A DNA stretch of 64,000 nucleotides from a bacterium (GTDB taxonomy: Bacteria > Desulfobacterota > DSWW01): assembly GCA_040756235.1 (NCBI GenBank), contig JBFLZG010000084.1, positions 1-64,000 of the forward strand. Direction: 5' to 3'. The notes below the pieces were generated by a model. That model had not been told where the DNA came from. It did no database searches and saw only the letters and a program-made list of their open reading frames with translations. Both the position numbers and the translations under genes were made by a program. Position 1 is the first letter of the stretch, and the number at the start of each line of letters is the position of its first letter. Shown piece by piece: positions 54,501-62,789 of the stretch.

Positions 54501-56466
54501 GGTCAGCGTCGAACATGGAGATAAAGGCATCCTGGCCGCCGCTCAGGGACGCGTCGAAGGCCCCGGGCGTGGCAGGGAAGTCGGGGGATGCCGTCGAGCC
54601 TGCCACGTAGACGTCGTCCTGGGTGCCCAGGGAGATCGAAACCGCGGCATCGTTTCCTTCACCCCCGAGGAAGGTGGAGGCCAGGAGGGAGCTCAGGCCG
54701 GCGTCCAGCCTCGACACGAACGCCTCTTGCCAACCATTGACGGACGTGTCGTAGGCGCCGGGCGTGGTCGGATAGGTCGGCTCGAGGTCACTCCAGGTAT
54801 CTCCTGCCAGATAGACATCTCCGGCATCGTTCACCGCCATGGAGGAAGGAGAGCCCATTCCGACAAAGGTGGATGCCAGGAGAACGGTCAGATCAGGCGC
54901 CAGCCTCGAGACAAAGGAGGTGCCGCCCACGTAGGACATGTTGTACGCCCCTTCCGTAACAGGGAAATCAGCTCCGCCGTAACTTCTGCCGGCCACGTAG
55001 ACGTTTCCCGAAGCGTCCAGCGTCATGGCTCCGAGGTTTTCCATGCCGCTGCCGCCCAGAAGGGTGGAAGCCACGAGCGAGGTCAGGGCCGCGTCCAGCC
55101 TCGCCACATAGACATCACTGGAGCCGCTGAAGGAGGTGTCAAAGGCCTGGTCGGTGGTGGGGAAATTGGATGAATAGGTATGCCCCGCAACGTAGACATC
55201 CCCCTGGTCACCAATGTCCAGGCGGGGATTCGTTTCCGATTCACCTCCGCCCAGGAAGGTGGATGCCAGAAGGTTGGCGAGATCGGCGTCGAAGACGCAA
55301 ACAAAGGTATCGAAATCGCCGTTCCAGGACGAGTCGTAGGCTCCGGCCGTGGCCGGGAAATTCGGTGATGCGGTGGACCCGGCCACGTAGACGTTCCCAT
55401 CGCCGTCGATGGCCAGGGCCTTCCCTTCGTCATTTCCGTAAATGTCAAAGCTGCCGGATCCGCCGATGTAGGTCGACGCGAGGATTTGCGTCAGGTCGGC
55501 ATTCAGTTTCGTGACGAAGACGTCCTCCTGACTGAAATAGGAGGTGTCGTATGCTCCGGGAGTCGTCGGGAAGTTCGCGGAAGTGGTGGCTCCGGCCACG
55601 TAGACATTCCCGGCTCCGTCGAGGGTCAGGGCCATCGCCCATTCGTTTCCTGCGCCCCCCAGGAAGGTGGAGGCCAGCAGAGGGTCGATGACGAGAGGCC
55701 GGGAGGCGTCGTACGCCGCAACCGTGAAACCATAGGTGTCCTTGTCCAGCACCCGGTACGCTGCCGGCACATACTCCTTCTTGCCATCTCTTTCCTGGTA
55801 GGCGACGGGCCTGGTGAACCGGGCCTTTCCGAGGCCGGTGGCCACCTCGAGCTCTCCCTGGCCGTTCACTTCGAGCCCTAGGGCTCCCTCCAGCTTGAGC
55901 GCGATGGAATCCGCCGCCGCGCCGGGACCCAGGGTGAACACTTTCTCCACGGTCCTGCCGTAGGCCCGCACCACGAGATCGACCCCATCCGAGACCTCGC
56001 CGAGGCTCACGTGCGAGTAAGTGGGGATCTCCTTGCGCCAGGAACCGGGGTCACTGCCGACGTACCAGCTCACCGAGGTGCTGGCTCTCTCGGAGCCCTG
56101 CGGATCGCAAACCTGTGCGCCGACCACGCGTTCCTTGAGAACCCAGCCTCCGGACGACTTCAGTCGGGGTTCCCCGTCGTGGCCCGCAGGCGGTCCTTGT
56201 TCAAGAAGCGGAAGGGCGTAGAGCAGCTCCCCCTGGCGGGTCACTGCGACCGTGCCGCCGAGAACGTCTGCGTAGTACCGGATCTCCTGGTCCTGGATCT
56301 GCCCCTGGTTCTCGATGAACGGGATCCGGAGCTTGCACGTTTTTTCAAGGACCGGCTGCGTGATCGCGTGAGTTGCCGCAGCCCCGTCAGCTACGTCCGC
56401 ACTCGTCCCCCCCGAGAAGATCGCCGCGACCGCCGCCACGACACAAAGCGAGATCCTCTTGCCCAT
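48592..56466 (-). CDS. Giant multidomain surface/secreted protein (~2620 aa): SBBP beta-propeller repeats, DUF11-like, six PKD-like repeats, Cys/Asp-rich MopE-like repeats, C-terminal CARDB-like domain
   Basis: Signal peptide; FIENQGQ; repeated STFLGG...GNVYVAG.T.S.NFP; six PVA.AGGPY...YEWDWD units; repeated CNGADDDCDG..DE; ending DADQTVQESNENNN. Confidence 0.9.
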   Translation of the reverse strand: MGKRISLCVVAAVAAIFSGGTSADVADGAAATHAITQPVLEKTCKLRIPFIENQGQIQDQEIRYYADVLGGTVAVTRQGELLYALPLLEQGPPAGHDGEPRLKSSGGWVLKERVVGAQVCDPQGSERASTSVSWYVGSDPGSWRKEIPTYSHVSLGEVSDGVDLVVRAYGRTVEKVFTLGPGAAADSIALKLEGALGLEVNGQGELEVATGLGKARFTRPVAYQERDGKKEYVPAAYRVLDKDTYGFTVAAYDASRPLVIDPLLASTFLGGAGNEWAMALTLDGAGNVYVAGATTSANFPTTPGAYDTSYFSQEDVFVTKLNADLTQILASTYIGGSGSFDIYGNDEGKALAIDGDGNVYVAGSTASPNFPATAGAYDSSWNGDFDTFVCVFDADLANLLASTFLGGGESETNPRLDIGDQGDVYVAGHTYSSNFPTTDQAFDTSFSGSSDVYVARLDAALTSLVASTLLGGSGMENLGAMTLDASGNVYVAGRSYGGADFPVTEGAYNMSYVGGTSFVSRLAPDLTVLLASTFVGMGSPSSMAVNDAGDVYLAGDTWSDLEPTYPTTPGAYDTSVNGWQEAFVSRLDAGLSSLLASTFLGGEGNDAAVSISLGTQDDVYVAGSTASPDFPATPGAFDASLSGGQDAFISMFDADLSTLFASSFLGGASDDYGKSLVTDGLGNLYVSGDTFSMDFPATADAYDTGFNGVKDGFVAKLNGFSAGQLRETFSSSSNAEETLASRAVSIADAALTGALTGTISFTDLEMVSIRTGPFAGKGFSTGTWEASIDGSPFSGTWRGMFFPNEADETVELKGTVSGDISAVVEGSLSESTAGSGLFDRFRASWRLHEVAGQKVSGTVELTGTAGHAAQVEYPSTGLRLLQTSLEAEGVAYYTNRLGVTFTQVLIDDESSPYQGQGFSILSYVADPGPGLGWTWDEATSPGRVEMKGLLTGSLLGIAAITMDETGPQRKLVVRLERLDLGAGTAPMPDLEVATWGPDRVSPGLTIDYIDYMVSYCNRGAIAAQGAFVVDRLPVEVAYLTSTGGGVYLPDSHEVVWNVGTLAPGEQGLVSVTGVMTRGLIQNVQFDNQTLIGCANPEIDTVLSPEMTALTPWWNEAMMLYADPVIPWAPPSNDTDYDVRDDYYLDQNVQDAIDLVEQVSPNEALELLELREQGRLNVDTTPESQGLWNGQFVLNELGLCEMYLGGGTGYDIVGTNVGNALEVHNSSYNDLDGYCFRDIPPSMQGSLGTPEENQLFLASVMVHENKHRKQVAGEFWGGRQAGEIEAHQAQADFLIAYALKRAEEGEYDSALMSLDLADDTWGALAERSASASWTVGADAAETGLEYTATIRALIEERRLVEAEAEMHEVEEMMKRYLRTLPADKVRNLSCHGLFVALAHDPNAKYGPEGSISAGQTLSYRVEFENEGEGIAYGVYFTDILDSDLDDSTLSLGPVLDVATGVEIAPPGIYDPQTRTVTWFVGTVGPHMGGYADFTVNVRGDAPDGTEVVNYGTVYFPSVPEETRTNGIVSIVGVEFPPVAAAGGPYEGAVGLPILFDAGGSTDEGTTGGISLYEWDWDGDGIFDETTSSPAVEHLWVTPYSGTVILRIIDRGGLTATDTTSVEVVPMVPVARAGGPYSGTVGLPVVLDASGSEDPDGSIVRYEWDWNGDGTSDETTFDPVIEHTWVNEYTGLVRLKVVDNDGLTGFGAAYAELVARLPVAEAGGPYAGVIGSPVLFDASGSHDPDGEIVRYEWDWDGDGVFDDQSASPAAQHTWNAEFTGTVTLRVWDDEDQTGTDTAAVDVGFGEPVAEAGGPYQGVAGLPILFDAGGSHDIDGEIVWYEWDWDNDGNYDDAGSSPSIEHTWDNEFSGTVTLRVRDDRDLTGIDTASVFVASGQLVAEAGGPYLGVAALPILFDASASYDPNGQIVWYEWDWDDDGYPDDAGSSPVIEHTWDDAFVGTVTLQVWDDDGNAAIDTASVDVNYGEPVAEAGGPYFGSPGAPVIFDASASHDRNGQIQWYEWDWDNDGYYDDGSEVPFMEHTWDTEFVGAVTLQVWDDEGLNGVDTAEVHVELCAPTGVPESECNGADDDCDGGADEDFVPTPTFCGQGVCAATGQSTCQAGALVDTCEPGEPQAEGPYGAPTCSDGLDNDCDGAADADDSNCEYACTPTGIPETECNGADDDCDGDADEDFVPEPTSCGQGVCASTGQNTCQGGALVDTCEPGEPQAEGPYGAPNCTDGQDNDCDGAADSDDSSCEYVCTPSGIAESVCNGADDDCDDDVDEDFIPTPTSCGQGVCAATGQSTCQAGALVDTCEPGDPTGADDDCNGVDENCNGAADENFTPTPTSCGVGECSSTGVLSCENGLPLNDCMPGIPAEEVCDGRDNNCDGQTDEGVLSTYYLDLDGDGYGDPDPGLTVEACAPPPAYVENATDCNDSEALVNPGAAETCNGIDDNCDAEVDEGFDEDGDGYTSCQGDCADDDPATHPGTAESCDDGEDNDCDGLVDAQDPDCAAARPDLKGSWSKLLYLKIRTPRGWFVLATLKVANIGDADAGAFKIRYYYSPQGSSDRQYLDRTGISRLAKGRTTLDLRIYWFRSDPKDGSLVAVTDADQTVQESNENNNEAKKKIR

Positions 56467-56551
56467 GATGTGCCCCCCCAGCCCCGATCGAGTCCGGGGC
56501 CAGATGTGAAAAGAAATCCCGGTTCTATGCACCCCCATATTGAAGCTAAAT

Positions 56552-56584
56552 AAAAAACCGGGTTGCCCTTACCAGGCAACCCGG
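56552..56584 (-). terminator. Intrinsic terminator forming the riboswitch expression platform
   Basis: Minus strand CCGGGTTGCC-TGGTAAG-GGCAACCCGG-TTTTTT. Confidence 0.85.
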
Positions 56585-56650
56585 CCGTCTCCCAGGAGAC
56601 CCGTGGTTTTCCGTGTCCCGATCGCTCGAGACTTGGCTTTATCCGGCGTT
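56575..56650 (-). ncRNA. c-di-GMP-I (GEMM-I) riboswitch aptamer
   Basis: Minus strand GATAAAGCCAAGTCTCGA-GCGA-TCGGGACACGGAAAACCACGGGTCTC-CTGG-GAGACGGCCGGGTTGCC: GNRA-capped P2, ACGGAAA junction, P3, GGGTTGCC 3' end. Confidence 0.85.
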
Positions 56651-56672
56651 CTCTAAGATGCAATATAACTGT

Positions 56673-56702
56673 ATCATACATTTCACAAAATATTTTTGTC
56701 AA
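56673..56702 (-). promoter_or_regulatory. Sigma-70 promoter for the riboswitch/surface-protein transcript
   Basis: Minus strand TTGACA-N18-TATGAT in an AT-rich patch just upstream of the aptamer. Confidence 0.7.
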
Positions 56703-56864
56703 GCCTTTCCTGTGGCGCCGGGAGATCGATGCCGGCCGTGGCTTTTCCGCACCCCGGTTTGTCACTCCTCCGGCCTTTCGGTTATGCTGCCGCACAGATC
56801 GTCTGAGGCGCGGGGAGTGTGCGAGGAGGCCGAATCACCTTCCACGGGCAGGAGGACCGGAGCC

Positions 56865-58337
56865 ATGAAGCCGTCTTACGACGTCGTCGTGATCGGTACC
56901 GGAATGGGCGGATCGGCCGCCGGGGCGCTCGTGGCCAGGGAAGGATTCAAGGTGCTCTTCCTCGAGAAGAACCCGCAGATCGGGGGCGCCTGCTCGTTCT
57001 ACCGCAAGGAAGGCGTCCACGTGGACATGGGCGCCCACGTCTTCTCAAGAGGGAACCGCGGCCCGATCGGAGATGTGCAGCGCAGGCTCGGGGCGGAAAG
57101 GATGATTTCCTTTCAGAGGTGCGACCCCATGATGCGGTTCAAGGGCCCCGGCTTCGATCTTGCGGGCCGTTTCCAGAGCTACTCGCTGCCGCTGCTGGGG
57201 GCCGCCATGCTGAAGCAGCTCAGGCTGCCGGCGCGCGAAATCCTTCCCATGGCCCGCAGGATGGCCGAGCCCTTGCTCGTCCCCGCGGGCTCGGTCCGCG
57301 ATCTGAACGCAGTCAACGTGGAGGAACGCCTGCTCGCTTCGACCCGGGAACCTGCGCTGGTGCTCCTCACGAGCATCTTCATGGGGCTTGCCTTCGTCAT
57401 TCCGTTGTGGGAAGCCTCCTCCGGAGAGGCCTTGTGGTCTACCAAGAAAGCGTTTTTCGACCGCTCGATGGGCTACCCCATCGGAGGCGCGGTCGCGGTC
57501 CCTCAGGCCTTCATCGAAGCCGCCCGAGGCTTCGGAGCGCAGCTCGAGACCGGCACGCGCGTCAAGGCCATCCGGGTGAGCGGCTGCAGGGTCGAGGGAG
57601 TGGAGACGGACCGGGGAGAGCTTTTTTCCTGCCGGGCAGTCGTGAGCACCACGTCTCTCAAAGACACGGTGCGGCTCGCGGGCAGAGGTTGCTTTCCCGC
57701 ACCCTACCTGCGGCACGTGGATGGAATCAAGGGATCCCTGGGTGCCGTCCAGGCCAAGATCCTGCTGGACCGGCGAATCGTCAAGGAAGGCGTCCTCGTG
57801 GGAGTCCGGGACAGACGTTCGGCTCCGGGCCGGCCCCTCACGGTGGAGGACACCCGCAAACTCTGGCAGGACACTCAGGAAGGCAAGATTCCGGAGCTCA
57901 TGTCATTCTACTGTCCGGTGCCGACGAATTTCGATCCGTCCCTGGCGCCTCCGGGCATGCAGTTGCTCACCCTGACCTCGGCGGCCCCCACGACCGATCG
58001 AAAGGGGGGAGATCCCCAGGACGCCTGGATCGACGCCATGCTGGAGGGCTTTTTCGACATCTACCCGGAAGCCCGCAAACACGTGGTCTGGATCGACCGG
58101 TTCAGTAACCGCTATCTGGAACAGTGGCTCGGAAAGCGCGGCGGGCCGGTGATCTCGACGGGCCAGCAGACCGGCCAGGTCGGTCCCGGAAGGCACCCGA
58201 ACATCACGCCCGTTCAGGGTCTCTTCGCGGCTGGGGACTGTGCCGGAGCCAGGGGGATCGGAACCGAGCTGGCCTGCCAAAGCGGCATCGATTGCGCGGA
58301 GCTGCTCATCCAATCGCTGTGCAATCGGATCGTGTGA
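56865..58337 (+). CDS. FAD-dependent oxidoreductase, phytoene desaturase-like family
   Basis: YDVVVIGTGMGG, EKNPQIGG, DMGAH, YPIGG, DPSLAPPG, TPVQGLFAAGD. Confidence 0.88.
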   Translation: MKPSYDVVVIGTGMGGSAAGALVAREGFKVLFLEKNPQIGGACSFYRKEGVHVDMGAHVFSRGNRGPIGDVQRRLGAERMISFQRCDPMMRFKGPGFDLAGRFQSYSLPLLGAAMLKQLRLPAREILPMARRMAEPLLVPAGSVRDLNAVNVEERLLASTREPALVLLTSIFMGLAFVIPLWEASSGEALWSTKKAFFDRSMGYPIGGAVAVPQAFIEAARGFGAQLETGTRVKAIRVSGCRVEGVETDRGELFSCRAVVSTTSLKDTVRLAGRGCFPAPYLRHVDGIKGSLGAVQAKILLDRRIVKEGVLVGVRDRRSAPGRPLTVEDTRKLWQDTQEGKIPELMSFYCPVPTNFDPSLAPPGMQLLTLTSAAPTTDRKGGDPQDAWIDAMLEGFFDIYPEARKHVVWIDRFSNRYLEQWLGKRGGPVISTGQQTGQVGPGRHPNITPVQGLFAAGDCAGARGIGTELACQSGIDCAELLIQSLCNRIV

Positions 58338-58341
58338 AGAG

Positions 58342-59061
58342 ATGGAGATCTTCCTCATACGACACGGCGAGATGCAGTACGCGAGCGTGGACAGGCTCGA
58401 TCTCGACCGCGTGAACGCCTATGCCAGCGGCGCCCGGCAGGGGCCGCTTTCGGCGAAAGGGGTGGAGCAGGCCGGGAAGGTCGCGAGGTACCTGTCGCGC
58501 CTGAGGATCGGGTCGCTATACAGCTCGGATTTCATCCGCGCCAGGCAGACGGCCGAAGAGGCCTCCAGGGCCTTGGGGAAGCCGGTGGAGGTCCTCAGCC
58601 AGTTTCGTGAGCTCAACGTGGGCCGGCTCACCCCCGAGCTTCACAGGGGCCAGGCTTGGATGCTGCAGGCCCTGCAGCGCATCGAGCGCATCCTGCCTCT
58701 CGGCCTGGGACCGAGTCGCTCCCGCGGCCTGGTCGGCTACCTGCTCATCGTCATGTACTTCCGCTGCTGGTACGGCGGGATGACCGTCGGCGGCGAGCCG
58801 CTGCCAGACGCCGTGGCCCGGGTGCGGGCTGCGCTCAGGATGCTCTCGGATCGGCACAGCGGCCGGGGGGAGAGGGTCGCCGTTTTCACCCACGGCTACT
58901 TCATCCACCTGACCGTCAACCACGTGGTCGATGCGTGGAGGGCCCCGTTGCGGCTCATCCACACACCGTACATCCGAAACGGGTCCGTCACGCACCTCCG
59001 AGGGTCCGGAAACGGCCGCTGGAAGGTGGAGGCTTACGCGCGGACGGACCATCTGTCGTGA
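58342..59061 (+). CDS. Histidine phosphatase (phosphoglycerate mutase-like) family protein
   Basis: FLIRHGE, SSDFIRARQTA, FRE, VFTHG. Confidence 0.88.
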   Translation: MEIFLIRHGEMQYASVDRLDLDRVNAYASGARQGPLSAKGVEQAGKVARYLSRLRIGSLYSSDFIRARQTAEEASRALGKPVEVLSQFRELNVGRLTPELHRGQAWMLQALQRIERILPLGLGPSRSRGLVGYLLIVMYFRCWYGGMTVGGEPLPDAVARVRAALRMLSDRHSGRGERVAVFTHGYFIHLTVNHVVDAWRAPLRLIHTPYIRNGSVTHLRGSGNGRWKVEAYARTDHLS

Positions 59062-59165
59062 CCCCTCGGCACCTCCACGCCGGCGCTCCGCCAGGGAATC
59101 TACCTCTGATCGGGCCGCATCCTTTCGTTTAGCAGACCGCTGACAACGCAGCATTTGGGAGCGTC

Positions 59166-59192
59166 GTAGGGCGAAGAATCTCTCGCCCCTAC
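59166..59192. repeat. GTAG-type REP-like palindrome
   Basis: GTAGGGCGAAGAATCTCTCGCCCCTAC; a related unit lies at ~39184-39208. Confidence 0.65.
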
Positions 59193-59207
59193 AAGCTGGC
59201 AGCGAAG

Positions 59208-60050
59208 ATGACGAGCAAGCCGGAGGGATCTGTTATGGCACGCCGATCGAGCACTGCGGACCCGGACCTGGAGTTCCTGATCGAGACCGTCTCTCCTGAA
59301 GTCGGGGACAGGCTCAGACTGAAGCAGATCCTCAGGGCCGATGAAGCGTTCAGGAGGGAGTATGCAGGAGACGAGAAGGTTTTCCGGCGGCTGATGGGCG
59401 ACGAGGAGCTGTTCCTCAGGATCTCACCCAGGTTTTTTTTCGAGATCCTGCTGAGGAGGGCCGCGCGTGATCTGCAGTTCGTGGGCTACACGATCGAGCG
59501 CGCGCCCGGCATGACCATCCCGGTCTTCGACACGAGAGAGATCCTGGACCTGCTGGCCAACGAAGGCGTCCTCATGTATTTGGCCGACATGCTCGCCTCC
59601 TTCACCAAGATCGAGAGCTACACGTTCTCGTTCCGCGCCCGCAAGGGCATGTGGCGTAAAATTCGTTTCAACGACTTCGATATCCGCACCCTGATGAGTT
59701 TCTGCGAGGTGGCGCAGGACGCCTATAAGTTCGGCTTGTACAAGCGCATCGCAGACGTGTGCCTCTTCATCCTGGGATTGTTCCCGGACCATGCGGAAGG
59801 CGAGTACCGCTACCCCCGCTCGGGTCAGATTCGGCCGCGAGCGGGCGGAGCGGCGAGAATCAGCCCCGAGGAGTACGAGAACGAGGGCAGGAGGTTCTAC
59901 AAGCTAGCCGCCGAGCACCCCTTGGCCAGGGATCTGGAGATGACCGAAGTGCTCGGAGCGCTTCACGAAAAGTTCAACAAGGCGAAGAAACCCCTGAGCT
60001 TCATGGCCGAGCATTACATGGCTTACCGCAGAGACGTCCTCTTTTCTTGA
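59208..60050 (+). CDS. Hypothetical protein
   Basis: 280-aa ORF with GC3 bias and protein-like composition (YKRIADVCLFILGLFP...GRRFYKLAA); start may be 59235. Confidence 0.75.
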   Translation: MTSKPEGSVMARRSSTADPDLEFLIETVSPEVGDRLRLKQILRADEAFRREYAGDEKVFRRLMGDEELFLRISPRFFFEILLRRAARDLQFVGYTIERAPGMTIPVFDTREILDLLANEGVLMYLADMLASFTKIESYTFSFRARKGMWRKIRFNDFDIRTLMSFCEVAQDAYKFGLYKRIADVCLFILGLFPDHAEGEYRYPRSGQIRPRAGGAARISPEEYENEGRRFYKLAAEHPLARDLEMTEVLGALHEKFNKAKKPLSFMAEHYMAYRRDVLFS

Positions 60051-60418
60051 TCTGCTTCTTCTCGCGCCCCGGTGAGGCCAAAGGGGGGCCTGTCTGCATC
60101 CTATAAGTCGGCGACGCGAGAGCCTTTCGACCCTTTGAACCGAGCCCGGCGCGCCCGTCGAAGAGGCCTCGAGTGCGGTCATCGGCGGGCCTCCCGGGAA
60201 AGTCGTTCTTCCGGAGCGAGGCGTGCCCTCTGCTCCCGGCAAGAACCTGCACGAAAAGGAACCTTCCCACTCTCGGCGGCGCGCCAACTTGCGATGTGGA
60301 ATAATGAATTTTTATTCCTGCGGCGCAGTTGTCGAGGGCTTGCCAAGAAGGCCGGTCCGAAAGATAATGGCACCCGGGTGAACTTCGTGGTCAACCTCCA
60401 AGAAAAGGAGCCGAAGCG

Positions 60419-61519
60419 ATGAAGGTTACGTTGAGCGTGATCAAGGCGGATATCGGCAGCGTGGGGGGCCACATCTGTCCGAGCAAGGCCCTGGTCGGCC
60501 GGGTCCAGGAATTCCTGCGGGAGAACGCCCGGGGGATGCTGATCGATTTCAACGTGAGCCACACCGGCGACGATATCGCCATCCTGTGCACCCACGAGCA
60601 CGGCACCTCCAGCGAAAAGGTCCACAAGCTCGCCTGGGATACCTTCGTCGCCGGCACTCAGGTCGCCAAGAAGCAAGGCCTGTACGGAGCCGGCCAGGAC
60701 CTGCTCAAGGATTCCTTCTCCGGGAACGTCAAGGGAATGGGCCCGGCCGTGGCGGAAATGACCTTCGAGGAGCGGCCGAACGAGCCTTTCCTGTTCTTTG
60801 CAGCGGACAAGACCGACCCCGGCGCGTACAGCCTTCCTCTCTATCTGGCTTTTGCCGACCCCATGCACTGTTCCGGCCTGATCCTGTCGCCCAAGATGGC
60901 GGCCGGGTTCAAGTTCACCATCATGGACGTCAATTGCACGGAGGCGGACCGCGTGATCGAGCTCAACGCGCCCGAGGAGCTGTACGACATCGCCGCCCTT
61001 CTCAGGGACCCCGAACGCTTTGTCGTCGAAAGCATCCACTCGAGGACCGACGGCGAGATCGCGGTCTCCGTGAGCACGACGAGACTTCACAACATCGCAG
61101 GCAAGTACGTGGGCAAGGACGACCCGGTGGCGCTGGCCCGCGTACAGGGCAACTTCCCGGCCACGGGCGAGGTCGTTTCCCCCTTCACCGTAGCGCCCTT
61201 CGTGGCCGGGTTCATGCGGGGCAGCCACAATGGGCCGCTCATGCCGGTCAAGAGGAACTGCTGCATCTCCTATTTCGACGGGCCGCCGGTCGTGAGCTGC
61301 ACCGCCTTCTGCGTCCGGGAGGGCGTGCTGACCGAGCCGGTGGATGCCTTCGATCACCCGCTCTGGGACCACGTGCGGATGGAGGTATCCCGCAAAGCGA
61401 TCGAGTTGCGCAAACAGGGATTCTTCGGAGCGGCGATGCTGCCTTACAGCGAGCTCGAGTACGGCGGGATCGTGGACAAGATGGCCAAGCTGGACAAGAA
61501 GTTCCGGCTCCGAAAGTGA
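60419..61519 (+). CDS. fbp: Bifunctional fructose-1,6-bisphosphate aldolase/phosphatase (FBPase class V)
   Basis: TLSVIKADIGS.GGH, GLYGAGQDLL.D.FSGN, DKTDPGA, YVGKDDPV, MRGSHNGP, ELEY. Confidence 0.95.
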   Translation: MKVTLSVIKADIGSVGGHICPSKALVGRVQEFLRENARGMLIDFNVSHTGDDIAILCTHEHGTSSEKVHKLAWDTFVAGTQVAKKQGLYGAGQDLLKDSFSGNVKGMGPAVAEMTFEERPNEPFLFFAADKTDPGAYSLPLYLAFADPMHCSGLILSPKMAAGFKFTIMDVNCTEADRVIELNAPEELYDIAALLRDPERFVVESIHSRTDGEIAVSVSTTRLHNIAGKYVGKDDPVALARVQGNFPATGEVVSPFTVAPFVAGFMRGSHNGPLMPVKRNCCISYFDGPPVVSCTAFCVREGVLTEPVDAFDHPLWDHVRMEVSRKAIELRKQGFFGAAMLPYSELEYGGIVDKMAKLDKKFRLRK

Positions 61520-61658
61520 GGCGTCCGCCGGGTGCCGGGGATGCCGATGTCCCTGGCCCGCTTTTCTTTCCTATCAACGCGAGCATACGGTCGCTCGAAT
61601 CCCGCTTCCTCACGACAGCTGGCGGCGGCGTCCCGCAACAGCCTGCCAGGAGATCGCC

Positions 61659-62762
61659 ATGCCTCGAAAGATGACCGGCAAGGAGCGCATCCTCAAGGCC
61701 CTGGACAGAGGCGAGCCGGACCGGGTCCCGGTGTTCGAGATGGCCCTGAACGAAGCGAGCATCGTGGGGGTGGGGAAGCACTTCACCGAAAACGTCCCCC
61801 CCGTCCGGCACCTCTCCGACATGACCCTGGAGGAGCAGCTCCGGTACATGGACCTGCTTTCCCTCATCCTGAAGGCGCTCGGCAACGACGGGATCTCCAC
61901 GGTCCTGATCTTCCGGAAGGAGAGGGCAGGGGACAAGCTGGTCAGGGACAAGTTCGGCACGGTGTACCGGCTCTCCGAGGTGGGGGAGCCCATTCCGGTC
62001 GGAGGCCCGGTCCGGGAAGCGGCGGACATCCGCAAGCTGCTGCCGATGGAGCCGGATCCGCTCGACTTCGCCATGCTCCAGTATCTCATCCATACCATGG
62101 GCAAGGACGTGGCGCACTTCTTCACGCTGCCCGGACCTTTCCGCTTCTCCTGGCAGCTTCGGGGCGGCATGGAAAAGCTGCTGCTCGACTACATGCGCAA
62201 TCCGGGCCTGGTGCTCGAACTGGCCAGGATCACGACCGACTTTTGCCTCGCTGCCATCGAGATGGCGGCAGGTGCAGGCGCGAACGTCGTCGTGCTCGAA
62301 GGAGACCTGGCGTTCAACACCAACACGCTCATGAACCCGGACCAGTACCGGAGGTTCGTCAAGCCCTTCCATGAGGAGATCGTCCGTTTCTGCCACGGCA
62401 AGGGTCTGAGGGCCGTCAAGCATTCGGACGGAAACCTCTGGCCGATTCTCGAGGACCTGGTGGAGGTGGGGTTCGACGGAATTCACCCCATTCAGCCGCA
62501 GTGCATGGATATCGGCCAGGTCAAGGACCGGCTGCAGGGCAGAGCCGCAGTGATCGGAAACATCGACTGCAGTTTCCTGCTGCCTTTCGGCTCCGTGGAC
62601 GAGGTGGAAGCGGCGGTGAAGGAGACCATTCGGGCCGCTGCCCCGGGCGGCGGCTACATCATCAGCTCTTCCAACTCGATCCACCCGGGCGTGAAGCCGG
62701 AGAACTATGTCGCCATGGTCCGGGCGGCCCGGAAATACGGAGCTTATCCCATCGGTTTCTGA
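61659..62762 (+). CDS. Uroporphyrinogen decarboxylase / MtaA-CmuA methyltransferase family protein
   Basis: MTGKERI...EPDRVP, HSDG, GNID, APGGGYIISSSNSI; adjacent to a corrinoid protein gene. Confidence 0.85.
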   Translation: MPRKMTGKERILKALDRGEPDRVPVFEMALNEASIVGVGKHFTENVPPVRHLSDMTLEEQLRYMDLLSLILKALGNDGISTVLIFRKERAGDKLVRDKFGTVYRLSEVGEPIPVGGPVREAADIRKLLPMEPDPLDFAMLQYLIHTMGKDVAHFFTLPGPFRFSWQLRGGMEKLLLDYMRNPGLVLELARITTDFCLAAIEMAAGAGANVVVLEGDLAFNTNTLMNPDQYRRFVKPFHEEIVRFCHGKGLRAVKHSDGNLWPILEDLVEVGFDGIHPIQPQCMDIGQVKDRLQGRAAVIGNIDCSFLLPFGSVDEVEAAVKETIRAAAPGGGYIISSSNSIHPGVKPENYVAMVRAARKYGAYPIGF

Positions 62763-62789
62763 AGAGGTTCCACCGCGGGGGCGACGGCC

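Noticed and set aside
56575..56650. cGAMP-selective (GEMM-Ib) assignment
   Set aside because: The position-20 equivalent appears to be G, not A; this rests on a by-eye alignment
61659..62762. hemE (true uroporphyrinogen decarboxylase)
   Set aside because: Lacks the MRQAGR signature and sits beside a corrinoid protein gene
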